Shown one piece after another: positions 1 through 9,233 of a stretch of DNA of 64,000 bases. The stretch covers positions 1 through 64,000 of the forward strand of contig JANRKS010000017.1 of NCBI GenBank assembly GCA_033763315.1, written 5' to 3'. The notes beneath the pieces are model-generated. The model saw only the letters and a list, made by a program, of their open reading frames with translations. It was not told the DNA's origin and did not search any database. Both the position numbers and the translations under genes were made by a program. Each line of letters begins with the position of its first letter. The first letter of the stretch is position 1. Source of the stretch: Deltaproteobacteria bacterium (GTDB lineage: Bacteria; Myxococcota_A; Polyangia; Fen-1088).

Positions 1-11
1 AACGTGAGCCT

Positions 12-1337
12 ATGAAGCTTATCGGCCCGTTGGCTCTCTTGTCGCTGCTCTTGGCGGGCGGCTGCTGCTGGAACGCAGACAGTTGCACCGAAGTGTGGGG
101 CGACGGCGGCGTCGACGCGCCCGTTGAGGTGGGGCCGAGCGCCGACGGGTCAGGGGACGGGCAGGGCAGCGATGGCTTGGGTGACGGAGGCGGCGACGCA
201 CGGGAGGATGCGATGGCGGACGCGATGCCGGAGTGCACGTCTAGTCTCATGTGTGCCCCCACCCAGCCGATTTGCGACAACGGGGGCATGTGCCGCGCCT
301 GCGGAGCGGATAAGGAATGTAGTGACCGCGCTGATGGGAAGGCGGTGTGCGAGAACGGAGTATGTGTTCAGTGCAAGACCAATGCGCAGTGTGGTGAGGC
401 TACGCCGGTGTGTGGCGCGGGCAACAAGTGTCGAGTGTGCTGGCAGGATGCTGAGTGCACAACGGGCCCAGGGCTCTGTTTGGAAAGCGAAGGTCGTTGC
501 GCCAAGGACAGCGAAGTTCAGTATGTGGAATCGAAAATGAGCTGCGCAGCCACCGTGGGGACGGCAAACGGCGGTTCTGCTGACAAGCCGTTCTGCGCAC
601 CGCAGCTAGCCGTCGATGTGGCCATAAGTCGAGGCAAGCCGATCATCATCCTCAGGGACAACGACGTCCTCGAGCCTGTCAGAGTGGCACTTGGTGCCAA
701 CGACAAGATCTACCTCGTCGGCAAAGGCAAAAAGGAGCCTTCCACGACCATTAAAGGCGGCGCGTCCGCGCCGGGCATACAAGTCAACAGCGGCATCGTG
801 TATGTCCGCGGCGTGGTGGTCAAAGGCGGCTTCATCGAGGGCGTGCGCGCGACAGGCACGACCGCAGAACTCAACATGAACCGCTGTATTGTGCAGGACA
901 ATCGCGGTGGTGGGATCCTCCTTCAAGATGGTGCGGCGTTCGAGATCACAAATACAATGATTACGGGCAACGGCAGCGAGGACGTCGTGTGGGGAGGGAT
1001 CAACATCATCTCCGGTGCTGCACAAAGTAGGAAGGCGATCCTTCGTCATGTGACGATCGCAGGAAACGCAGACCTTCAAGGATTGGCTTGCGATTCACCC
1101 ATCATGGCCAGCGGCTTACTGTCGCTCAAAGGCGCTGCGCGTTCCATTCTTACAAAGTGCGCTGCGGACAATTGCTGCAGCAATCCTCCACTAACGAACG
1201 CCTACAAGATGCAGTCGTCTGTGCCTGAGTGCTTGAACAAGCATCCCGTAGATCCGGCGAGGGACCTGATCGACGTCTTCGGCCAAGTGCGAATAGATTC
1301 CGGCGACTGCGGCGCTGATGAGTTGGACGGCAACTAA
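12..1337 (+). CDS. Predicted lipoprotein with Cys-rich repeats and a C-terminal right-handed beta-helix (pectin-lyase-like) domain
   Basis: Hydrophobic signal ending LAGGC (lipobox); Asp/Gly-rich linker; three CxxxxxCxxxxPxC..C..C repeats typical of myxobacterial surface proteins; beta-helix-like segments (NRGGGILL, ITNTMITGN, HVTIAGN). Confidence 0.65.
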   Translation: MKLIGPLALLSLLLAGGCCWNADSCTEVWGDGGVDAPVEVGPSADGSGDGQGSDGLGDGGGDAREDAMADAMPECTSSLMCAPTQPICDNGGMCRACGADKECSDRADGKAVCENGVCVQCKTNAQCGEATPVCGAGNKCRVCWQDAECTTGPGLCLESEGRCAKDSEVQYVESKMSCAATVGTANGGSADKPFCAPQLAVDVAISRGKPIIILRDNDVLEPVRVALGANDKIYLVGKGKKEPSTTIKGGASAPGIQVNSGIVYVRGVVVKGGFIEGVRATGTTAELNMNRCIVQDNRGGGILLQDGAAFEITNTMITGNGSEDVVWGGINIISGAAQSRKAILRHVTIAGNADLQGLACDSPIMASGLLSLKGAARSILTKCAADNCCSNPPLTNAYKMQSSVPECLNKHPVDPARDLIDVFGQVRIDSGDCGADELDGN

Positions 1338-1338
1338 G

Positions 1339-1950
1339 ATGACACTTCACATGGCCAAAATGGTTTTAACGGCGGCCCTCGTAGCTGTGTTCGCAGTCAA
1401 TCAAGCGCACGCCCAAGAAGCCGAGGCGCCCGCCGCTCCCTTCACGCAGGCCCCCGTCTACGTTGGCATCGCCGCCGCGGCGGGGGGAGTGGCTGCCGTG
1501 ATCAAAGGCATCAGCTTGGTCAGCAAGAACGGCGATGCAAGATACGACGGACGCAACACCTTCTACACCACAGGCCCATCCGGGTATCTATGGGTGGGCT
1601 TCGGCGCCGCCACAGCCGTCGCAGGCGCGGCGCTGATCGATTGGTCGACCCTCACAGAATCACAACGGGCCAGCCGCCGTGCGAAAATGCGAGGATGGTC
1701 CTACGCCGCGATTGGCGGTGGCGCACTCTTGGCGTCGTTGGGTGGCGCGCTGGTGTTGAAAGAGAGCAACAACGAGCAAGGCTCTCCGTCATTCGGCGCC
1801 GGCCGCGCATTCGGATGGTCCGCGGCCGTGTTGGGCACAGCCGCGGCGCTCGTGGGCATCGAGGGGCTTACTTTGCAGGTGCTGAACGTGACGTCGAAGG
1901 ATGGCGAGGCCCGCGCCGTGATGGGCTTGGGGTACCGCGGGGCCTTTTAG
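1339..1950 (+). CDS. Hypothetical exported/membrane protein
   Basis: ATG at 1339 directly after the upstream TAA; signal peptide ending AHA; four Gly/Ala-rich hydrophobic segments; C-terminal GLGYRGAF. Confidence 0.6.
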   Translation: MTLHMAKMVLTAALVAVFAVNQAHAQEAEAPAAPFTQAPVYVGIAAAAGGVAAVIKGISLVSKNGDARYDGRNTFYTTGPSGYLWVGFGAATAVAGAALIDWSTLTESQRASRRAKMRGWSYAAIGGGALLASLGGALVLKESNNEQGSPSFGAGRAFGWSAAVLGTAAALVGIEGLTLQVLNVTSKDGEARAVMGLGYRGAF

Positions 1951-1969
1951 GTGTTGGCTTGCATAAACC

Positions 1970-2773
1970 GTGGCGATTGAAACGACGGGCGCCCCTTTGA
2001 TGCTCGCCTCCACGACCATGGGCACGGGCCCGCTCGGCACCATTTTGCTGCACGGCTTTTTGGGCTCCGGCAAGAATCTGCGCACGCTGGCGCAGAAGTG
2101 GCTGCAACGCGACGAACGCCAATGCTTCTTGCTGCCCGATTTGTTGGGCCACGGCGAATCGCCCGCGTTACCCGCCAATGCCACGTTAAACACGATGGCG
2201 GCAGCCGTGCTGCAAACAGCCGCCGATGCGGGCATTCCCTTTCCCGTCCAGATCGTTGGTCACTCATTGGGCGGGCGCATTGCTTTGGCTTGCGCGCGGG
2301 TGGCGCCCGAGCGTGTGGCCGATGTGGTGCTGCTCGACATAGGGCCTGGCCCCATCGATCCGCAGAAGTCGGAGAGCCGGCATGTGTTGGATGTGATGTT
2401 GCGTGCGCCCGCCGAATCCACCGACCGCCGCGAGATGCGCGCCTTCTTTCTGTCGCAAGGCATTTCGCCCGCGCTTTCCGATTGGATCTTAATGAACCTG
2501 CGTCAAGACGATGGCCTTTACCGCTGGCGCATCGATCGGCGCGCGCTCGATGCGCTCCACAGCACCTTCACCGCGGAAGATCTGTGGCCCGTGATCGAAG
2601 CGCAAGAGGTGCCCGTGCATTGTGCCGTGGGTGAACGTTCATCTTATGTACCGCATGCCGAAGCACAGCGGCTCCGTGAACTTGGCTGCGATGTGCACGT
2701 GCTGGCAAACGCGGGGCACTACATTCACGTTGACGCTCTGGAACCCTTGCTGGCCTGGCTGGTCAGTTTATGA
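1970..2773 (+). CDS. Alpha/beta-fold hydrolase (YbfF/ABHD11-like esterase)
   Basis: LHGFLGS oxyanion motif, DLLGHGES, GHSLGG nucleophile elbow, GHYIH. The true start may be ATG 2000. Confidence 0.85.
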   Translation: MAIETTGAPLMLASTTMGTGPLGTILLHGFLGSGKNLRTLAQKWLQRDERQCFLLPDLLGHGESPALPANATLNTMAAAVLQTAADAGIPFPVQIVGHSLGGRIALACARVAPERVADVVLLDIGPGPIDPQKSESRHVLDVMLRAPAESTDRREMRAFFLSQGISPALSDWILMNLRQDDGLYRWRIDRRALDALHSTFTAEDLWPVIEAQEVPVHCAVGERSSYVPHAEAQRLRELGCDVHVLANAGHYIHVDALEPLLAWLVSL

Positions 2774-3399
2774 AGCCGTCGAAACTCCCGCACGTGTTGC
2801 TCGCGCTGCTCGCCTTGGTGTGTGTGGCCACATTGTGGGATCCACCCGCAGGGCGCACGTCGTGGTTGTTGGAGGTGGGGCCTGGTTTGCTGGGCGTGGC
2901 CGTGATGGTGGCCATTCGCAAGCGCTTCGTTTTTTCCAACTGGGTTTATGTGTGCTGCTTTTTGCACGTTCTCATTTTGACCTACGGCGGCTACTACACG
3001 TATGCGCTCACGCCGCTCGGCAATTGGGCGCGAGATGCGTTTTCCTTGTCACGCAACCACTATGATCGTGTGGGCCACGTGGCGTTGGGTGTGTTTCCCG
3101 TCTTCGTGGTGCGCGAAGTGTTCATGCGCGTGACTCCCCTGCGGCAGGGCGGATGGTTGACGTTTGTGTTGCTCAGCGTGGTGCTGGCTGTGGCGGCGTT
3201 TTGGGAACTGCTTGAATGGTGGGTGACGTTGCTCGTGGCTTCCGATGTGGGCGTTGCCTTCTTGGGCAGCCAAGGCGATCCCTGGGACGCGCAGTGGGAC
3301 ATGCTGCTGGCGCTCATGGGTGCAGCTGTGGCCTTGCCGTTGTTCTCGCGCCTTCACGATCGGTCTATGGCGCGCGCACAGGCAACTGCACGACCGTAA
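2770..3399 (+). CDS. DUF2238 (YjdF-like) inner membrane protein
   Basis: WLLE, GGYYTYA, RNHYDRVGH, ELLEWW and FLGSQGDPWDAQWDM motifs; ATGA overlap with the upstream gene. Confidence 0.85.
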   Translation: MKPSKLPHVLLALLALVCVATLWDPPAGRTSWLLEVGPGLLGVAVMVAIRKRFVFSNWVYVCCFLHVLILTYGGYYTYALTPLGNWARDAFSLSRNHYDRVGHVALGVFPVFVVREVFMRVTPLRQGGWLTFVLLSVVLAVAAFWELLEWWVTLLVASDVGVAFLGSQGDPWDAQWDMLLALMGAAVALPLFSRLHDRSMARAQATARP

Positions 3400-3403
3400 C
3401 GAA

Positions 3404-4465
3404 CTACCAGCTCGCCGCCAACACCCGATCGCCGTCCGCCTGCATCAGCCGCTCCAAAGCGGCCGCAAGACGCGCTTTGTATGTGTGATGCGACAGCGCG
3501 CGCACTTGCCCCTTTTCGGCGATCGCGCGTCGCTCGCTGTCGTTCGCCATGAAATACCGCAGTTTTTCCGCCGCCTCTTCGGGCCCTAGGAATGTGGCCA
3601 CCTCGCGCTCTGGCACGAAGAAGCCTTCCAGGGGCAAAAGCCGCTCAACCAGCTGAAAGCCACCCGCCGCGCAGATCTCGAAGGCGCGCGGGTTTAGAAA
3701 ATCTTTGCGCTCTGTGAACAGCTCCGGGTTCGCCGTTGAACTCAAATTTAAGTTGATGCGGCTTTGCGCGAAGATCGGTGCCAGCTGTTCATGCGGCAAC
3801 ACGCCATCCACAGCCACCAAGGGCGATAACTTCGCGTGGCGGGCGAAGCCAGGCCCGAACAAGCGGAGTCGTGGCTCCTCGATTTCATTCAACAGCTTCA
3901 CACGGTTGGGGTAAGCGCTGCCAACGAACGTGATGTCGCCAGCTGCGAAGCCCTCGGGGTTCGCGAATGTGGGCGACTCGCATGCCAGCGGCACGAAATC
4001 CACGTAGCGCACGCCCTTTTTGCGCAGCAACGACAAAAACGGATCTTGCTGAATGGCCCACACGTGGTCGTACCGTTCGGCGGCGCGCTGCCAATATGTA
4101 AAAACGCGGAAGTCTTCGACGAACCAGAATACAGAAGGAACATCCCGTTCACGCAGCGGCTCGGTGTGGCGGCTCAGCAATACAGGCGCCTGGGCCAGAT
4201 AGAGCACGAGCTGCGGTTTGGATTCGCACACGGCGCGCTGGGTTTCGTCAGCGGCTCGCAAAAACAAATCAACCTCGCGCTTTTGCCGCTCATCATCGGG
4301 CACGGGTGCCGAACGCAACGCTGTCAAGGCGGGTGCGTGCACAGTGTTGTCGATGAAAGTGGTTGTGTGGCCAAGGGCCATGAAAGCGCGCGTTGACGCC
4401 GCCGCCACCGACAACGATCCGCCGGAGATCGGGCCCACCACAGTGATGCGCAGGCTGGGCGTCAC
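3404..4465 (-). CDS. CgeB-family glycosyltransferase (Glyco_trans_1_2)
   Basis: WFVEDFR, PLAC, FVGSAYPNR, SRINLNL, NPRAFEICAAGGFQL and HTYKARL motifs. Confidence 0.85.
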   Translation of the reverse strand: MTPSLRITVVGPISGGSLSVAAASTRAFMALGHTTTFIDNTVHAPALTALRSAPVPDDERQKREVDLFLRAADETQRAVCESKPQLVLYLAQAPVLLSRHTEPLRERDVPSVFWFVEDFRVFTYWQRAAERYDHVWAIQQDPFLSLLRKKGVRYVDFVPLACESPTFANPEGFAAGDITFVGSAYPNRVKLLNEIEEPRLRLFGPGFARHAKLSPLVAVDGVLPHEQLAPIFAQSRINLNLSSTANPELFTERKDFLNPRAFEICAAGGFQLVERLLPLEGFFVPEREVATFLGPEEAAEKLRYFMANDSERRAIAEKGQVRALSHHTYKARLAAALERLMQADGDRVLAASW

Positions 4466-5967
4466 GCGGCTGCCACCCGTTGTGCCAGCTGTGCAAGATC
4501 AGGATGGGCAGGCCAGTTTGTTTGAATGCGCGCGAGCCAATCGGAGGCGCGGCTTTGTTGTTTGAGGGCGGACTGCAGCAGGGCACACGCAATGAAGGAT
4601 CCGATCTTTTGCGGATCCAGTTCCACAGCGCGGGTTGACCATGCCAACGCCTGGGGCAGCTGACCGAGTTTCGCGTGTGCATTCGCCAGATCCACGCACA
4701 GCAGGTGGCGTGGTCCCAACACTTTCGCGGCGTTTTCAAGCACCGGTATGGCCACCGATTGCCGAATCACGCCGAAGCGCAGCCCCAGCCACATCAACAC
4801 CGCCTGCTGGCGCGAGCTAAGCAGGCCTGCGTGGATCGAGGGCGGCGTCTTGCGCTCCATGAGCGCGTCGAGTGCCGCCGCGAACACAACCGTGTCGCCG
4901 TCGGTGACGTCTTTGCTCACGAAGTTGCGCGGCGGCGCCGCGATGTCTTGGCACTGGCGATACGTCTCGCGCGTGCGCGCGATCATCAGTTCTGTGCCGT
5001 GGTGTTGTTTCACAAAGGCGTGGTTTCTGGCGCGGTGACTGCTCGCCATCGTTTCGTCGTGCAGGTCCGCAAACGCCAGCAAAAGATCACGGGCCGCTGC
5101 CTGAGGCTCAGGGGTAGATATGAAGCGCAGGCTGGCACCGCTGCGGCTGGCCGCCACGAACGGCGGCAGTGGGGTGGCCAACACATGCGCGCCAAATGCC
5201 AAGGCCTCGAACACGGCGCGGCCGAATGTCTCGGTGGCTGAGGCGTGCACCAGCACATCAGCGTCGCGCAAAAACGGCGAAACGTCGGACACGGCGCCCG
5301 CGTAGGTGATGCGCGGATCGTGTTGCGGTGGGGCGTCTATCCCCACCACGGTGGCTGTCCACGCCACGTGATCGAGCAAGCCCGTGCGTACGATCTGCTC
5401 AAGCGTGAGCGCCATCGGCTTGTCCGGCCGCCGCACCTCGAGCAGACGCACGGGGCGGCCCGTCAAAGGCGTGCGCGGTGGCACCTCAGGAGGCACAGCG
5501 ATGCCGCTTGAGATGGTGGTGCACCGGTTCGGCGCTGCCAACCGCCATTTGGTTTGCTCTGCCACCACGATGCTGTGATCGGCGAAGTGGCTGGCCTCGC
5601 TGTCGAAATCGTTGTGCACCGTTTGGATGATGGCCTTGGCGTCGGCGAACTGTGCGGCCAAGGGTGCCAGCGGGTGATCGTTGATTGTGTGCAGATGCAC
5701 GACGGGGCTGCATTGCAACGCCGTCCACAAGTTGAAAAAGCGCGGCGCTTGCAAATGCACGTAGCCGCGGGCGCGTTCTTTGGCCACCGCCGCCGCGGCC
5801 CCTTCGATTTCCGTCACGATCATCTGCGTGTCGCCGATGCCTTCAAGCAGCGTCAAGATGTCCGCTTCAGCCCCGCCCACAGTGAGTCGCGGGTAAACGC
5901 GGCTAAGCGCATACAACTTGCGGCGAGGCAGGGCGCCCATTTTTGCGGCGAAGCGCGGGGCGCTCAT
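4462..5967 (-). CDS. GT4-like glycosyltransferase with C-terminal TPR
   Basis: GGAE near the N-terminus; ADVLVHASATETFGRAVFEALAFG (EX7E motif); TPR-like LANAHAKLGQLPQALAWSTRAVELDP; ATG 5967 overlaps the upstream TGA. Confidence 0.8.
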   Translation of the reverse strand: MSAPRFAAKMGALPRRKLYALSRVYPRLTVGGAEADILTLLEGIGDTQMIVTEIEGAAAAVAKERARGYVHLQAPRFFNLWTALQCSPVVHLHTINDHPLAPLAAQFADAKAIIQTVHNDFDSEASHFADHSIVVAEQTKWRLAAPNRCTTISSGIAVPPEVPPRTPLTGRPVRLLEVRRPDKPMALTLEQIVRTGLLDHVAWTATVVGIDAPPQHDPRITYAGAVSDVSPFLRDADVLVHASATETFGRAVFEALAFGAHVLATPLPPFVAASRSGASLRFISTPEPQAAARDLLLAFADLHDETMASSHRARNHAFVKQHHGTELMIARTRETYRQCQDIAAPPRNFVSKDVTDGDTVVFAAALDALMERKTPPSIHAGLLSSRQQAVLMWLGLRFGVIRQSVAIPVLENAAKVLGPRHLLCVDLANAHAKLGQLPQALAWSTRAVELDPQKIGSFIACALLQSALKQQSRASDWLARIQTNWPAHPDLAQLAQRVAAA

Positions 5968-8771
5968 GTTTGCTCCTGTTCGCGTCCCGCCACGCACCTC
6001 GAAACGAAATCGCGCATCGCCTCAGCTGAAGGCAGAACGCGTGTGAGACCCACAGCGGCCGCTTCCCGCGCCACAAACGGCGCGAGCGGACCGGGCGTCT
6101 CCAACCACCCGTTCATCGCACGATACAAATTGGGCCGCAGCATGGGTGGAAGGTTGGTGACCTCAAGCAACACCACGGGCAGGGGTTTCGCGGTGGCCAA
6201 TTGATTGAGCAGCGCAGAGGCTTCTTGTAACGCTTGCTGCGCTCGTTCATTCGTGGCCGGCTCAGGGCGCAGCACCAACGCCACAGGATCATCGGGGCCG
6301 AAAGTGCCCAAGAAGGTGCGTAGGGGCCCCCACCAGCCAGACTCAAGCACATCCGGCGTGAACAAAAGCTTCACCGGTTTGTCCGTGTCGAGGCTGAGCT
6401 TCGTGCCTGCGGCGGCGAAATGTTCAGCGAAGGCCGGCGGCACATAGTCGCGGGTTCGGTCAAAGGGGCCCAGCTTTGCGCCATCGGCCAATGCGGCAAT
6501 CGCGGCGAAGCTTGTGTTCATCGGATCGTGCCGCCACTTCAAACAGAAGATCTCCCAGTTTTGCCGGGCCAATGCCTGCGCGTCGAAGCTTTCGCCGGTG
6601 AACGTTGCGCTGCCTTCGTGATGAACGAACACGTCTTCGGCCACCGCCAATTTCCAGCCCGCGCGGCGCACACGCAGGCCCAGATCGTCGTCTTCCAAAT
6701 TGCCGTAGCCGAACGCGGGATCGAAGCCCCCCACTTCACGGATGACTTGCATGGGCAAAAGCAAGCACAGCCCCACCAGGCGGCTCGTGTTTGCCGCATT
6801 GCCAGCATGGGTTGTGGCGCGTGCGGCGGCGGCACGGGGAAAGTCATGCACATCGCTATAGGGTGCGGGGAAGATCTGTTGCACGCCCACGCACCGGTTC
6901 GTCACGGGCCCCACCATACCCACTTGTGGATCTTCTTGCATCACCGCTAAGAGGCGTGACAACCATCCCTGGGGCACCACCACGTCGTTGTTGATGATCA
7001 CCACGGCGTCACCGCGGGCCACGGCGAGCCCTTGATTGCACGCATAACCAAAGCCCTGGTTGATTTCGTTGCGCACGTAAACGAAGTTGGTGTGCTGCGC
7101 TGCCAACGTGCGTGCCAGCGCGGCGATGTCAGGGACTGAACCGTTGTCCACCAGCACAAGCTCGAAGGGAAGCTTCGTGTTCTCGTATAGCGAGGCCACG
7201 AAACGCTCCGTGAGCGCCGCTTGATTTAACACCGGCACCACCACGGTTACGAGGCCACGGTAAGGGGCCACGCCCAGCGCTTGTTCAATCGAAGCCATCG
7301 CCGCTTGCCGTTCAAGCTGCAGGTTTGCTGCTGCATAGGCCTTGCGACGTAGCAAGCGCTCAAGCTCACTCGCTGGTTGCGCGGCAAGGTGAAGTTGCGT
7401 TGACCAAACGTCAAGGGCCGTGCGAACCGCTTGCGCCGCCTGCCACGGATCGGGCAGGCCCTGGGCGGTGGCGTCGGCAAGCCATCGCTCAAATGCTGCC
7501 TTTTCTCCGACAAAACACGCTGATTCCGCGACCGGGGTCTTGTGGCTTTGACCCGCCAAAGTTGATGCCAGCGCTCGCTGCACAACGTTTAGGTCGATCG
7601 TCTTCTCGGCGGGGGCCGTGCACGCCAAAGGTGGCAAACTTGCCGCAACCAGCGTTAGCTGATCCGTTGTCGTTTGCAGCAGGTGGGCGGCTCCGCGTTC
7701 CAACCAGTGCCATGACGGCAGGGCGTTTGGTGCCGGCGCGGCGACGAAGTTGGTGGGGCATTGCTTTAGGGCCGCCGCCCAGGCGTCCACCAAAGATTCG
7801 TTGCCAGCATCGATGAACACCGCGTGCTCAGTGTGTTCTGCCAACCAGCGCGCGTATTGCGTGGAGGTGGCGCAGCAGGTGGCAATCACGATCAGCCACG
7901 TGTCGCTCGGACCAAGCATCGCCTTCGTCAGTTCCAACCAGGCGCCCAGCGTCGGCAAGGCCCCGGGAACCACAACGCTTACCACCGTCATGACAGGCCG
8001 CGCGCTCGACAGTGCCTTGGGGGCGCTGCCTTTGCACAAATGGCGAATGTCTTCGTCAAAGACGTCGAAGCGATCCAACCAACGCTTTTGCAGCAAGGCT
8101 TCGTCGGCGGGGAAGTGCGGCAACGGGTATCCAATCGCACGCACCGTGGTGCCTTCTGCCGCGGGCACCAAATCAACACGACACCCCGTGTGAATGGCGC
8201 GTAAGCCAAAATCGATGTCGTCGCCCGCACCGATGAAGACCTCATCGAACCCCCCAAGCTGCCTAAAGGTGGCCGTGCGTACAGCCATCGCGTCGGCCCC
8301 GAACACACGCTTGTGCTTTGAAGGTTCGTCGGTGTTCAATTCACAGTGCACATTCAAGGGCCGGGCGGTGCCATAGTGCAAAGTCATTCCGGCGTTGTGG
8401 AGGCCGCCATTGGGCAGATTGGTTCGGCCGCCCACAATGTGCGTCTCAGGTGCCTTTTCCAAGTGCTGCAGCAAGTGCTCGAGCCATTTGGCAGAAGGCA
8501 CAAACGAATCGCTCACAAACACCAAAACAGGCGCTTCGCTCAGACGGGCGGCTTCGTTACGCGCGCTCGCGGCCGCACGCGTGCAAGGGTGAAGCGAAAT
8601 GCGCGGGCCTGTGCCGCCACCAAAAGCTTCGATAATGGCTGGCGCGCCCGTGAGCACCACGTCCACATGGGCCGCCACCGCCTGCGCGCACACCTGCTCC
8701 CAACAAAGTCTGCGGGCCTGCAATGGCGTGTCCGCCTGCATGTGCATGATGATCGTTGCGCTTGATCGCAT
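5964..8771 (-). CDS. Multidomain GT2 glycosyltransferase (two GT2 domains plus a degenerate GT4-like C-terminus)
   Basis: N-terminal GT2 (ARNEAARLS..LVFVSD, GGFDEVF..DDIDFGLR); second GT2 (VVVPVLNQ, VDNGS, NQGFGYACNQG, NNDVVV, GGFDPAFGYGNLEDDDL); C-terminal FLGTFGPDDPVALVL..LYRA. Confidence 0.85.
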   Translation of the reverse strand: MRSSATIIMHMQADTPLQARRLCWEQVCAQAVAAHVDVVLTGAPAIIEAFGGGTGPRISLHPCTRAAASARNEAARLSEAPVLVFVSDSFVPSAKWLEHLLQHLEKAPETHIVGGRTNLPNGGLHNAGMTLHYGTARPLNVHCELNTDEPSKHKRVFGADAMAVRTATFRQLGGFDEVFIGAGDDIDFGLRAIHTGCRVDLVPAAEGTTVRAIGYPLPHFPADEALLQKRWLDRFDVFDEDIRHLCKGSAPKALSSARPVMTVVSVVVPGALPTLGAWLELTKAMLGPSDTWLIVIATCCATSTQYARWLAEHTEHAVFIDAGNESLVDAWAAALKQCPTNFVAAPAPNALPSWHWLERGAAHLLQTTTDQLTLVAASLPPLACTAPAEKTIDLNVVQRALASTLAGQSHKTPVAESACFVGEKAAFERWLADATAQGLPDPWQAAQAVRTALDVWSTQLHLAAQPASELERLLRRKAYAAANLQLERQAAMASIEQALGVAPYRGLVTVVVPVLNQAALTERFVASLYENTKLPFELVLVDNGSVPDIAALARTLAAQHTNFVYVRNEINQGFGYACNQGLAVARGDAVVIINNDVVVPQGWLSRLLAVMQEDPQVGMVGPVTNRCVGVQQIFPAPYSDVHDFPRAAAARATTHAGNAANTSRLVGLCLLLPMQVIREVGGFDPAFGYGNLEDDDLGLRVRRAGWKLAVAEDVFVHHEGSATFTGESFDAQALARQNWEIFCLKWRHDPMNTSFAAIAALADGAKLGPFDRTRDYVPPAFAEHFAAAGTKLSLDTDKPVKLLFTPDVLESGWWGPLRTFLGTFGPDDPVALVLRPEPATNERAQQALQEASALLNQLATAKPLPVVLLEVTNLPPMLRPNLYRAMNGWLETPGPLAPFVAREAAAVGLTRVLPSAEAMRDFVSRCVAGREQEQT

Positions 8772-9233
8772 TACCGCCGCACAACCCCAAGCAATATAAG
8801 GACCACGCCCTCACCCCCGCCCACACGCCCGTGTTTCATCGTAGCCTCAGGATCGCCTTGGTTGACGCGTAACTTTAGCGCCAAGTTTCTGACGCGCTGG
8901 CGGCGGCGCCAGGACGCGCCGCCGGATGCGTGACACCGGTTTCGTAAGGGCCGTTGTCAAGCCCCGCTGTGGATGCCTGCGGACGATCTTCGACGCTTTT
9001 TTCGCCGTCGCGAAATGGAAACGCAGCATTCGCCCACAACCTCTTGACGGCGATGGCGGTGCAACGCTACCCATACTCCTTCTGTTCGCACGATGCGAAC
9101 CCGGTGAACTCCCAGCCCAACGAATTTGGCTCGTTTCTGCTGTCGTTTTTGCCGCTGTCGCCGCCACTTCTATGTTGCAAGGAAAGTTGCCACACTCTTT
9201 CATCGTTCTTCTGACCGATCCCACGGAGGCCGC

